Source: an uncultured bacterium (lineage in GTDB: Bacteria; Acidobacteriota; Aminicenantia; Aminicenantales; Saccharicenantaceae). From it: a stretch of DNA of 64,000 bases. Under the pieces are notes generated by a model. That model was not told where the DNA came from. It searched no databases and saw only the letters and a list, made by a program, of their open reading frames with translations. A program made the translations under genes and the position numbers. Within the stretch, counting starts at the first letter, position 1; each line of letters opens with the position of its first letter. Below, one piece after another: positions 51,091-60,532 of this stretch. The stretch lies in assembly GCA_963805015.1 (NCBI GenBank), contig CAWDSL010000024.1, positions 180,408-244,407 on the forward strand. The letters are read 5' to 3'.

Positions 51091-52155
51091 ATGAGCCGAT
51101 ATTCGAGACGCGAATTCCTCAAGGCGGGGGCCGGGGCGGGAGCGGCCGCTCTCATCCTCGGCGGAACGCGGGCGGATGGGGCGGGGCCGGCGGCGCCGGC
51201 CGGGCCGCGGGTCGTGTCGAGCGGCAACGGCATCCGCGCGACCGCGAGGGCGATGGAGATCCTCAAAGCCGGCGGCGATCCCCTCGACGCCGTCGTCGCC
51301 GGGGTCAATATCGTCGAGGACGACCCGAACGACATGTCGGTCGGGTACGGCGGCCTGCCCAACGAGGACGGCGTCGTCGAGCTCGATTCGTCCGTCATGT
51401 ACGGGCCGACGCACCGGGCCGGAGCGGTGGCCGCGCTGCGGAACATCAAGAATCCGTCCAAGGTGGCCCGGCTGGTCATGGAACGGACCGATCACGTCCT
51501 TCTCGTCGGCGAGGGCGCCCTCAAGTTCGCCCGGGCCCACGGCTTCAAGGAGGAGGATCTCCTGACCGAGCGGTCCCGGGAGGCCTGGCTGCGGTGGAAA
51601 GAGACCATGTCGGATGTGGACAACTGGTTCCCACCGAAGGTCGAGAGCCTGCCCGCGGACATGCGCGCGGTCATGCAGACCCACGGGACGATCAATTGCC
51701 TCGCGCTCGACGCCGGCGGCCGCCTGGCCGGCGTGACGACGACCAGCGGCCTGTCCTGGAAGCTCGCCGGACGGGTAGGCGACTCGCCGATCATCGGCGC
51801 GGGCCTCTACGTCGACAACGAGATCGGCGCGGCCGGCTCCACGGGTCGGGGCGAGGCCAACCTCCAGACGTGCGCCAGCTTCCGCATCGTCGACGCCATG
51901 GGCCGCGGGATGTCGCCCGAGCAGGCCTGCCTCGAAGCTTGTAAGGCTGTCGCGGCCAAGACCAAGCTCGTGCCCCGCCTCTGCGACGACAAGGGCCGCC
52001 CGAAATTCGGCCTCGATTTCTACGCCCTGAACAAGAAAGGCGAATACGGCGCGGGCGGCCTCTATCAGGGCGGATCGTACGCGGTCCACGACGGAGCCGA
52101 GAACAAGCTCCGCGAGGTGGCCTACCTCTTTAAAAACCCGGGGGACGGCCGCTAG
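51091..52155 (+). CDS. Ntn-hydrolase asparaginase / glycosylasparaginase family protein with a Tat signal
   Basis: MSRYSRREFLKAGAGAGAAAL twin-arginine signal; autoproteolytic GTINCLALD...T nucleophile context; 354 aa. Confidence 0.8.
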   Translation: MSRYSRREFLKAGAGAGAAALILGGTRADGAGPAAPAGPRVVSSGNGIRATARAMEILKAGGDPLDAVVAGVNIVEDDPNDMSVGYGGLPNEDGVVELDSSVMYGPTHRAGAVAALRNIKNPSKVARLVMERTDHVLLVGEGALKFARAHGFKEEDLLTERSREAWLRWKETMSDVDNWFPPKVESLPADMRAVMQTHGTINCLALDAGGRLAGVTTTSGLSWKLAGRVGDSPIIGAGLYVDNEIGAAGSTGRGEANLQTCASFRIVDAMGRGMSPEQACLEACKAVAAKTKLVPRLCDDKGRPKFGLDFYALNKKGEYGAGGLYQGGSYAVHDGAENKLREVAYLFKNPGDGR

Positions 52156-52158
52156 GGC

Positions 52159-52800
52159 TCACTCCCGGACGATGATGACCGGATAGCCCTCGGCGGCCAA
52201 GCGCCTGGCCAAACCGTCGGCCTCTCCCTCCTCGGCCCGGACGCGGACCCGGAAGAAGACGGCCGTCGGGGACTCGAACCGCGTCACGGCGACGTTCCTG
52301 AACGTCGCCTCCAGTCTCTTCTTGATGGCGTAGGCCGACTCCTGCACCGTGTAGGCCCCGACCTGGAGCCAGACGATCCCCCTCCGCTCGGACGAGGCCG
52401 GGGCCTTGAAGCCTTTCAGGGCCTCGATCCGGACGCGGGCCGTGCCCGGCCCGACGAGGCCGATGACGCTCGCGGCCGCGTAGGACAGGTCGATGACGCG
52501 GCCGCGGACGAACGGCCCCCGGTCGTTGACGCGGACGACGACCGAGCGGTCGTTCCCGAGGTTGGTCACCATGACGTATGTCCCGAAGGGGAGGGTGCGG
52601 TGGGCGGCCGTCATGTCGTTCATGTCGTAGATCTCGCGGCTCGAGGTCGGCCGGCCGTGGAACTCTCCCCCGTACCAGGAAGCGATGCCGACCTCGGTCC
52701 CGGAGGGCCGGCCGGGCCGGGGGAGGCGCACGCAGGCGGTCGCGGCCGAGAGGAGGATCAGGGCACCCAGGGCCGCCGCGGCGGAGCGACGGTCACGCAA
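52159..52800 (-). CDS. rlpA: septal ring lytic transglycosylase RlpA family (DPBB + SPOR domains), lipoprotein
   Basis: Lipobox LLSAATAC; GIASWYGGEFHGRPTSSGE..YD DPBB motif; C-terminal SPOR-like domain. Confidence 0.8.
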   Translation of the reverse strand: MRDRRSAAAALGALILLSAATACVRLPRPGRPSGTEVGIASWYGGEFHGRPTSSREIYDMNDMTAAHRTLPFGTYVMVTNLGNDRSVVVRVNDRGPFVRGRVIDLSYAAASVIGLVGPGTARVRIEALKGFKAPASSERRGIVWLQVGAYTVQESAYAIKKRLEATFRNVAVTRFESPTAVFFRVRVRAEEGEADGLARRLAAEGYPVIIVRE

Positions 52801-53530
52801 GGGTCTCCAGGAGCTTCTTCTTGAGATAGGCGAAGGCTTCCTTGGGCGTCGAGCAGACGCGGAAGAGCTTGAGATCGTCGGCGCAGATGGCGCCCTTCTT
52901 GACCATGGAGTCGAATTTGATCAGGTCGCTCCAATACTCCTCGCCGTAGAGGACGAGGGTCATCTCCTTCTTCGAGATCTTGCTCGTCTGGAGAAGCGTG
53001 GCGATCTCGAAGAACTCGTCGAGCGTGCCGAAGCCGCCGGGAAAGATGATGACGGCCTTGGCCTTGTAGGTCAGCCAGAACTTCCGCATGAAGAAGTAAT
53101 GGAAGGATAAGGACAGCTCGGGGGTGACGTAGGGATTCGCGCCCTGCGGCTGGGGCAGCGAGATATTCATGCCGATCGTCTTGCCGCCGGCCCGGGCCGC
53201 CCCGCGGTTGGCCGCCTCCATGATGCCCGGCCCGGCCCCCGTGCAGACGACGAAATCCTTGCCCTTGGGCGTCTTGAGGCCGATAGCCCACTTGGCCAGC
53301 AGGTAGGCCAGCTCTTCGGCCTCCCAATAATAGCGGTGGAAGGCGGAATCGGCGTTGGTCGGGTCGGCCTTGGCCGAGCCAAGGAAGAGGATGGTGCTGT
53401 TGATCTTGGCTTTGTCGAGGCGGGTCATGGGGCCGAGATATTCGCTCAGGATGCGCAGCGTCCGGCCTTCCAGCGATTCGAGGAATTCCGGATCACGGAA
53501 GGATTGTTCGGGATGCTCCGGCTTTGTCAT
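52793..53530 (-). CDS. LOG family protein (TIGR00730; cytokinin riboside 5'-monophosphate phosphoribohydrolase-like)
   Basis: GGGPGIMEAANRGA and PGGFGTLDEFFE motifs; 245 aa; promoter TTGAGA-N17-TACAAT and RBS GAAGGAGG. Confidence 0.85.
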   Translation of the reverse strand: MTKPEHPEQSFRDPEFLESLEGRTLRILSEYLGPMTRLDKAKINSTILFLGSAKADPTNADSAFHRYYWEAEELAYLLAKWAIGLKTPKGKDFVVCTGAGPGIMEAANRGAARAGGKTIGMNISLPQPQGANPYVTPELSLSFHYFFMRKFWLTYKAKAVIIFPGGFGTLDEFFEIATLLQTSKISKKEMTLVLYGEEYWSDLIKFDSMVKKGAICADDLKLFRVCSTPKEAFAYLKKKLLETLA

Positions 53531-53665
53531 GGTCGCCTCGACCTCCTTCGCTGTTCGAGGACCGATTGTATCAGATTAGGCTTCGTTTTCTCAAGGACAG
53601 GCCGCGCCGCTCCTTTGACTTGGCTTCCGGGGCTGTGTTATCAATAGGCCCGAAAGGACGGACCG

Positions 53666-54406
53666 ATGGACGCTCCCCTACGACTTCTCGCGACCCTCGA
53701 ATACCCCGGCCGGCTCATCGCCATCGGTGCCCCGCGCCGCGACGGCCTGGCCGTCATCCTCTACGCCATCACCGGACGTTCCCCTTCGAGCCAGGCCCGC
53801 AAGCTCGTCTTCGGAGACGGCGGGATCTGGGTCCAGCCGACCGACGAGGAGACCTTGAAGAAAGGCAACATCGACCTGCTCGTCTACCCGGCCGTCCTCT
53901 TCGGCGAGGCCGGGATCGCCGTCTCGAACGGCAAGCAAACGCGCGACGTCCGCGACGGGCTTGTGACGGGCGCCGACCCGGTGGCCGTGCTGTCCCGGGC
54001 CCTCTCGGGCTGGGATTTCGAGCCGGACGCGCCCATCTTCACGCCGCGGATCAGCGGCTGTCTCATCGGCCCCCGGGCCGGCCTCAGCGTCGTCCGCCGC
54101 GGCGCGTCGGGCGAGAGCCTGCGCAGCTACTTCGAGGCCGGCCTCCGGCCGGGGGAGGGGCGGCTCGTCTCCACGTACGAGGGCCCCAACGCGGATCCGT
54201 TGCCGGTCTTCACGGGCGAGCCGCGCCGGCTGGCCTTCGACGGCGCCACCGCCGCCGAGACCGCCGAGGCGGCTTACTCCGCGCTCGGCCCGGCCGCCGG
54301 CGGGAAGGACCTCCGCGTCGCCGTCGCCTGCGTCTTCGCCTCCCTCGCCGAACCGCCCGCGATCGAGGTCCGCATCATCAACCGCATCGAAAGGACGGGA
54401 CCATGA
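53666..54406 (+). CDS. purO: IMP cyclohydrolase, archaeal PurO type
   Basis: [26 protein letters not shown] and VSTYEGPN align with PurO of methanogens; 246 aa; promoter TTGACT-N18-TATCAA upstream. Confidence 0.65.
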   Translation: MDAPLRLLATLEYPGRLIAIGAPRRDGLAVILYAITGRSPSSQARKLVFGDGGIWVQPTDEETLKKGNIDLLVYPAVLFGEAGIAVSNGKQTRDVRDGLVTGADPVAVLSRALSGWDFEPDAPIFTPRISGCLIGPRAGLSVVRRGASGESLRSYFEAGLRPGEGRLVSTYEGPNADPLPVFTGEPRRLAFDGATAAETAEAAYSALGPAAGGKDLRVAVACVFASLAEPPAIEVRIINRIERTGP

Positions 54407-55484
54407 GCAAACCCGAACGCACCGCCCGCAGCCAGTATACGACCAAGGTTCGCGAGGACTTCCCCGACACGCTCGTCCTCGGCGACGACACGTTCATCAA
54501 GAAGTTCCCCATGCGCTACGGCGAAAACCCGGGCTACCCGGCCGCCTTCTACCAGGAGGCCGGGGCCGAGGGCCCGAACATGGGCCGGATCGAGGTCCTT
54601 CAGGAAGGGACCAAGGGCCTGAGCTACATCAACGTCGGGGACATGGACCTCGGCCAGAGGCTGGCCCGAAAGCTCGTCCAGGTGTTCCCCGGCCGCCAGG
54701 CCTGCGTCATCATCAAGCACGAGATGCCGAGCGGCGTCGCCCTCGGCGACGATCCCGTCGGCACCTTCGAGAAGGCCTGGAAGTGCGACCCCCTGTCGAA
54801 CTTCGGCGGCGTCGACGTCTTCAGCTACCGGGTCACGGAGCCGCTGGCCCGCCTGCTCGTCGAGAGCCCGCGCAACGTCGAGGTCGTCTACGCACCCGAA
54901 TTCGCCCCCGAGGCCCTCGAGGTCCTGGCCACGCGCAAGGTCCTGCGCGTCGTCCGGATGGGCGCGCCCCTCGAAGCGCCGGCCGTCGACAACGGGCTCG
55001 AGTTCAAGCGGGTGGCGGGCGGCCTGCTCGTCCAGAAGCGGTTCGACTCGAAGATCGTCTCGCCGGAGTCGGTCGACGTCGTCTCCAAGCGGAAGCCGAG
55101 CCGCCGCGGAGGTCCGGGCCGCCCTCTTCAACTGGACCGTGGCCTGCTTCACCCGGTCCAACGCCGTCGTCATCGGGACCGAGGACAAGACCCACGGGAT
55201 CGGCTCCGGCCAGCGCAGCCGCATCGATTCGGCCGAGGACGCCATCCGGCTCTCGCGCCGCGGCTACGGCCCCGAGGGAACGCGTCCTCGCCTCCGACGC
55301 GTTCATGCCCTTCCCGGACGTCGTCGATCTGGCCGGAAAGCACGGGATCACGGCCCTCATCTATCCCCTCGGCTCGGTCAAGGACCAGGAGGTCATCGAC
55401 AAGGCCGACGAGCTCGGCCTGGCCATGATCATCACCCGCAGGCCCGGAGAGCTCGATTCGGAGCGCTGCTTCCTCCATCGGTGA
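54403..55484 (+). pseudogene. purH: AICAR transformylase-only PurH (no IMP cyclohydrolase/MGS domain), interrupted by two +1 frameshifts (about 55100 and 55279)
   Basis: The ATG overlaps the purO stop (ATGA). Three collinear frames each carry PurH AICARFT segments: ...VDVVSKRKP, then [52 protein letters not shown], then [49 protein letters not shown]. Each junction is repaired by deleting one base (a C at about 55101 and an A at about 55279-55280). Confidence 0.75.
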
Positions 55485-55497
55485 CGGCGGAGGGGCC

Positions 55498-56910
55498 ATG
55501 ATCAACCGCATCGTCCGCCTGCCGCTCGCCGCTCTCGTTCTGTGCCTGTCGTTCTCCTGCGTCCGGCAAGGCAGGCCGGCCGGGGCGACGGAGCCCTACC
55601 GGGAAACGGTGGACCGGCTCCGCGAGGCCGGTCTCACCGGCGAACGGGCCCACCGTCTGCTCACCCGGATCTGTTCCGTCGGGCCGAGGCTGACCGGGTC
55701 CCCGCAGGCGGACGCGGCCGTCCGGGTGTCCCTCGAGCTCATGTCGGAGATGGGGCTCGACGAGGTCCACAGCGAGCCGGTCGAGGTCGGCCACTGGGTA
55801 CGGGGAGAGGTGGCCGTGGCCGCCGTCGTCGCCTCCGGTGATCGTCCCGCCGTCCCGCTGGCCGTCTGCGCCCTGGGCGGCAGCGTCGCGACGCCGGCCG
55901 GGGGGCTCGCCGCGCCCGTCGTCGAAGTGCGGTCGCTGGCCGAAGCCGCGGCCCTCGGCCGATCCGCCGCGGGCCGGATCGTCTTCTTCAACCGGCCCAT
56001 GGACCGGCGGATGACCGAGCCCTTCGCGGCTTACGGCGGGGCCGCCGACCAGCGCGTCGCCGGGGCCTCGACCGCGGCCCGCAACGGCGCGGTCGCGGTG
56101 CTCGTTCGATCCCTGACCTTCCGCGACGACCGCCATCCCCACACCGGCATGCTGAGATACGAGGCCGGCGCTCCGGCCATCCCCGCCGCCGCCATCGCCA
56201 CCGCCGACGCCGACCGGCTGAGCGCGCTCCTGCGCGAGGAGAAGGACGTCGCCGTATCGCTCGAGATGGATTGCCGGGACATGGGCCGGGTCGTCTCGGC
56301 CAACGCGGTCGGGGAGATCACCGGCTCCGAGCGGCCCGACGAGATCGTGCTCCTCGGCGGGCATCTCGACAGCTGGGACCTCGGCGCCGGGGCCCACGAC
56401 GACGCGGCCGGCTGCGCGGCGGCGCTCGAGGCCCTGGCCCTCATCCGGGACCTCGGGCTGCGTCCTAAGAGGACCATCCGGGCCGTCTTCTTCATGGACG
56501 AGGAGTTCGGCGGCACGGGCGGGCGGGCCTACGCCGCCTCGCCGCTCCGGAAGGGCGAGCGCCACATCGTCGCGGCCGAGTCGGACCGGGGCGCGTTCGC
56601 CCCGATCGCGCTGGCGATCGGCAAGCCGGGATCGAAGGCCCTCTCGCGGATGAGGGCCCTCCGCGACCTGCTCGGGCCCTTCGGCATCGCCTCCGTCGGC
56701 CCCGGCGGGGGAGGGGTCGATGTCGCTCCTCTCGTCGAGCAGGGGGCCGTGCCGGCCGCCGTCATCCCCAACTCCCAGCCCTATTTCGACGTCCACCATT
56801 CCGCCCTCGATACCGTCGCGAGCGTCCATCCGCGCGAGCTCGAGCTCCAGGCCGTCGTCCTGGCCGTCCTCGCCTACGTCCTGGCTGAGGAAGGGATCGC
56901 GGCGCCATGA
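55498..56910 (+). CDS. M28 family aminopeptidase with PA domain, lipoprotein
   Basis: Lipobox LVLCLSFSC; HLDSWDLGAGAHDDAAG and FFMDEEFG M28 zinc-binding contexts; 470 aa. Confidence 0.8.
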   Translation: MINRIVRLPLAALVLCLSFSCVRQGRPAGATEPYRETVDRLREAGLTGERAHRLLTRICSVGPRLTGSPQADAAVRVSLELMSEMGLDEVHSEPVEVGHWVRGEVAVAAVVASGDRPAVPLAVCALGGSVATPAGGLAAPVVEVRSLAEAAALGRSAAGRIVFFNRPMDRRMTEPFAAYGGAADQRVAGASTAARNGAVAVLVRSLTFRDDRHPHTGMLRYEAGAPAIPAAAIATADADRLSALLREEKDVAVSLEMDCRDMGRVVSANAVGEITGSERPDEIVLLGGHLDSWDLGAGAHDDAAGCAAALEALALIRDLGLRPKRTIRAVFFMDEEFGGTGGRAYAASPLRKGERHIVAAESDRGAFAPIALAIGKPGSKALSRMRALRDLLGPFGIASVGPGGGGVDVAPLVEQGAVPAAVIPNSQPYFDVHHSALDTVASVHPRELELQAVVLAVLAYVLAEEGIAAP

Positions 56911-58877
56911 GCGGTCCCGAGTTCCTGTTCGCGATCCACAACCACCAGCCGGTCGGCAACTTCGACCACGTGTTCGAGTCGGCGTTCGGCGACTGCTACC
57001 GTCCCCTGCTCGAAGGCCTGGTCCGCCATCCCTCGTTCAAGTTCGCCCTCCACTTTTCCGGGCCGCTCTGGGAATACATGGAAAAGCGCGAGCGGGCCTG
57101 CTGGGACCTCGTCGCAGAGATGGTCCGCCGCGATCAGGTCGAGCTCCTCGGCGGCGGGTTCTACGAACCCATCCTGACGCTCATCCCCGAGGCCGACCGG
57201 ATCGGCCAGGTCCGCATGATGAGCGACTTCCTGGCCGGGCATTTCGGCCGCCGGCCGCGCGGCGTGTGGCTGACCGAACGGGTCTGGGAGCCCCACCTGC
57301 CGCGCTCGCTGGTCGAGGCGGGCATCGAGTACACGCTGCTCGACGAGGAGCACTTCCGCTACGCCGGGATCCGGGACCTCCACGCGAGCTACATCACGGA
57401 GGACGAGGGCCGCGCGCTGCGCGTTTTCCCCATCGACAAGACGCTCCGCTACCTCATTCCCTTTCGGCCCCTCGACGACCTCGCCGGCTACCTCGGCCCG
57501 ATCCGGGACGCGGGCGGCACCGCCATCCTGGGCGACGACGGCGAGAAGTTCGGCGTTTGGCCGGGGACCCGCAAGTGGGTCTACGAAGACGGCTGGCTCG
57601 AGCGGTTCCTGGTCTTCGTCGAGGAGCGGGGCCTCCGCATGACCTCCTTCTCCGAACACCTGGACGCGCACCCGCCGGCCGGCCGCATCTACCTTCCCCC
57701 GGCCTCCTACGAAGAGATGATGGAGTGGGTCCTCGAGCCCGAGGAGCAGGCCGCCTACGAAAAGCTCAAAGCGGGAGCCGGACCGGAGGCCCGGCGGTTC
57801 CTGCGCGGCGGTCTCTTCCGCGACTTCCTGCGCAAGTACCCGGAGTCGAACCACCTCCACAAGCGGATGGTCATGGTCTCCGAGGCGGTCCGCTCGTCCG
57901 GCGCGCCGCCCGAAGCCCTCGTCGACCTCTACAAGTCCCAGTGCAACGATCCCTACTGGCACGGGGTCTTCGGCGGGCTCTACCTGCCGCACCTGCGCGA
58001 AGCGGCCTTTCGCCACCTCCTCGAAGCCGAGAAACGGACGCCCGATCCTCCGGGTTGGCGGGCCGTCGACTACGATTGCGACGGGCGTCCGGAGCTCATC
58101 TTCCGGGACGGGACCTTCGGCCTGACCGTCAAACCGGACCCGGGCGGGACGCTCGTCGAGATCGACTACCGCCCCTGGCCGAGGAACCTCTCGAACGTCC
58201 TCTCCCGCCGCCGCGAGGCTTACCACCGGCCCTCCGGCTCCGGGGCGGGGGAGGGAGGGGAAGGGAAGAGCATCCACGAGCTCGGCAAGACGCTGCCTCC
58301 TGACGCCGCGGACCTCCTGCGCTACGACCGGCGGCTCCGCCATTCGCTCATCGACCATGTCTTCGCTCCGGGGACCTCGGCGGAGGCCTTCCGCGCCGGC
58401 GAGGCGAACGAGCGGGGCGACCTCGCCGACGGGGCCTTCGCATTCGCCGCCGACGGCCCCGTCCTCCGGCTGGAGAGACGCGGGTCGTTCCAGGCCGGGG
58501 GCGAGCGCCTTCCGCTCGCCGTCCGGAAGACGGTCGCGAGCGCCGACGGCGGCCTCCGGGTCGGGATCGAGCTCGAGAACCTGTCGGACCGGCCGCTCGA
58601 GCTCATCTACGGCTCGGAGTGGAACCTGTTGGCCTTTCCCCACGAAATAACGCTCCTCGGCGCCTCGGGCGCTTCCCTTTACGGCGGGGCCCTGCTCTTC
58701 GAACCCGGATCGGCCGACGCGGTGTGGTCGTTCGCCCTCCGGACCCTCTCCCAATCCGAGGGGGGTTTTGATATAATCCATCAAGGATATTGCCTCTGCC
58801 CCGTCTGGTCGGTCGGTCTGGCCGGCAAGGGAACGAAACGCCTGTCCGTGGTGCTGAAGGAGCCGCGTGGCCGATAA
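56907..58877 (+). CDS. GH57 family alpha-glucan enzyme (alpha-amylase / 4-alpha-glucanotransferase type) with a C-terminal DUF1925/1926-like region
   Basis: N-terminal LFAIHNHQPVGNF...HFSGPLWEY is the GH57 signature; 656 aa; overlaps the M28 gene stop (ATGA). Confidence 0.8.
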   Translation: MSGPEFLFAIHNHQPVGNFDHVFESAFGDCYRPLLEGLVRHPSFKFALHFSGPLWEYMEKRERACWDLVAEMVRRDQVELLGGGFYEPILTLIPEADRIGQVRMMSDFLAGHFGRRPRGVWLTERVWEPHLPRSLVEAGIEYTLLDEEHFRYAGIRDLHASYITEDEGRALRVFPIDKTLRYLIPFRPLDDLAGYLGPIRDAGGTAILGDDGEKFGVWPGTRKWVYEDGWLERFLVFVEERGLRMTSFSEHLDAHPPAGRIYLPPASYEEMMEWVLEPEEQAAYEKLKAGAGPEARRFLRGGLFRDFLRKYPESNHLHKRMVMVSEAVRSSGAPPEALVDLYKSQCNDPYWHGVFGGLYLPHLREAAFRHLLEAEKRTPDPPGWRAVDYDCDGRPELIFRDGTFGLTVKPDPGGTLVEIDYRPWPRNLSNVLSRRREAYHRPSGSGAGEGGEGKSIHELGKTLPPDAADLLRYDRRLRHSLIDHVFAPGTSAEAFRAGEANERGDLADGAFAFAADGPVLRLERRGSFQAGGERLPLAVRKTVASADGGLRVGIELENLSDRPLELIYGSEWNLLAFPHEITLLGASGASLYGGALLFEPGSADAVWSFALRTLSQSEGGFDIIHQGYCLCPVWSVGLAGKGTKRLSVVLKEPRGR

Positions 58878-60519
58878 GTTCTTTACCCTCGTCCTCCACA
58901 GTCACATCCCCTACGTCCTCGCCCACGGCAGCTGGCCGCACGGGATGGATTGGCTCTACGAAGCCGCCGCGGAGTCCTACCTTCCCCTCCTCGACGTCTT
59001 CGAACGCCTGGCGGACGAGGGTCTCCCGGCCCGCGTGAGCATCGGCCTCACGCCCGTCCTCATCGAGCAGCTCGAGGACCCCGCGTTCGTCCGGGGATTC
59101 GACGCGTACCTGAGGATGAAGAGGGAGATCGCCGCGGCCGACGCGCGGCACTTCGAAAAGACCGGGAACCCCGTCCTGCGCCCGCTCGCGGAAGCCTGGG
59201 AAGCGTGGTACGCGAAGCGGCTCGAGGATTTCAGCGTCCGCTTCCGCGCGGACATCGTCGGCGCCTTCCGCTCGCTCCAGGACCGCGGCCAGATCGAGGT
59301 CCTGGCCTCCGCGGCCACTCACGGCTATTTGGCCCTGCTGGGCAGGGACGAGAGCGTCCGCCAGCAGGTCCGGCAGGGCCGGCACGTCTATCGCAGGTCC
59401 TTCGGCCGCGAGCCCCGGGGCTTCTGGATCCCCGAGTGCGCCTACCGGCCCGGCTACGCCTGGACGAATCCCCTCACCGGCGAGGGGCCGGAAGAGCGCC
59501 GGGGCGTCGACGAGATCCTCGGCCAGGAGGGACTGGAATATTTCTTCGTCGACGGACCTCTCCTCAAGGGGGGCGAAGCCAAGGGGGTCTACCTCGACCG
59601 CTTTCCCGGGCTCCAACAGCTCTGGGAGAAGTACCGGGACGCTTACAAGCCCGGCCGGGAGCTGCCCCGCGATCCCTATTCGCCGCACCTGGCCCATCCC
59701 TCGCGCGTCCCGTTCTTTGCCCGGGACGGAGTTTCGGGCTCCCAGGTCTGGAGCCGGGCCATGGGCTATCCGGGGGACGGGGCCTACCTCGAGTTCCACA
59801 AGAAGCATTTCCCCGGCGGCCTGCGCTACTGGCGCATCACCTCGGGCGAGGCCGACCTGGGGCTCAAGGAGCCTTACGACCCGGCCGTGACGAGACGCCG
59901 GGTGGAGGAGCACGCGGCCCACTTCGTCACCGTCCTCGCCGGGACGCTCGCGGGCCGGGAGTCCGGCACCGTCGTAGCCCTCTACGACACGGAACTCTTC
60001 GGCCATTGGTGGTTCGAAGGCCCCGAATGGCTCTACCACGTCGTGCGCCAGCTCGCGGCGGGTCCGGTCGTGCCGATGACCGCGGAGGGGGCCTTGGAGG
60101 CCCGGCCGGCGACGACGGTCGTCTCCCTCCCCGAAGGCTCGTGGGGGGAGGGCGGCTTCCATTGGATCTGGCTCAACGACGACACGGCCTGGATCTGGAA
60201 GAAGATCTACCGCATCGAGACGGCTGCGGCCGCCCTGGAACCGCGCCTGGCCGGTCTCGACCGTCGCATCCTCAAACAGTTCATCCGCGAGAAGCTCCTG
60301 CTCGAGAGCTCCGACTGGCCGTTCCTCGTCTCGACCTGGTCGGCCCGGGATTATGCCGAGAACCGGGCCGCCGAGCATTACGAAAGGGCCCTGACCCTGG
60401 CCGGCTGGCTCGAGGCGGGCCGCGTTCTCAGCCCCGCCGACGAGTCGCTCCTGGCCGCGTTCGAAGCCGAAGACCGCCTGTTCGAGGAGGTCGTGCTGCC
60501 CAATGGAACTATTATCTAA
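58867..60519 (+). CDS. GH57 family 1,4-alpha-glucan branching enzyme
   Basis: FTLVLHSHIPYV..HGSWPHG and ATHGYLALL motifs are typical of GH57 branching enzymes; GTG start; 550 aa. Confidence 0.8.
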   Translation: MADKFFTLVLHSHIPYVLAHGSWPHGMDWLYEAAAESYLPLLDVFERLADEGLPARVSIGLTPVLIEQLEDPAFVRGFDAYLRMKREIAAADARHFEKTGNPVLRPLAEAWEAWYAKRLEDFSVRFRADIVGAFRSLQDRGQIEVLASAATHGYLALLGRDESVRQQVRQGRHVYRRSFGREPRGFWIPECAYRPGYAWTNPLTGEGPEERRGVDEILGQEGLEYFFVDGPLLKGGEAKGVYLDRFPGLQQLWEKYRDAYKPGRELPRDPYSPHLAHPSRVPFFARDGVSGSQVWSRAMGYPGDGAYLEFHKKHFPGGLRYWRITSGEADLGLKEPYDPAVTRRRVEEHAAHFVTVLAGTLAGRESGTVVALYDTELFGHWWFEGPEWLYHVVRQLAAGPVVPMTAEGALEARPATTVVSLPEGSWGEGGFHWIWLNDDTAWIWKKIYRIETAAAALEPRLAGLDRRILKQFIREKLLLESSDWPFLVSTWSARDYAENRAAEHYERALTLAGWLEAGRVLSPADESLLAAFEAEDRLFEEVVLPNGTII

Positions 60520-60532
60520 GAAGACCCTGACC

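Noticed and set aside
53531-53665. ZTP (pfl) or purine riboswitch upstream of purO-purH
   Set aside because: Neither the CCUGGGCA-type 3' subdomain nor the purine-riboswitch U-rich junction motifs are present. The region is adequately explained by the divergent LOG and purO promoters.
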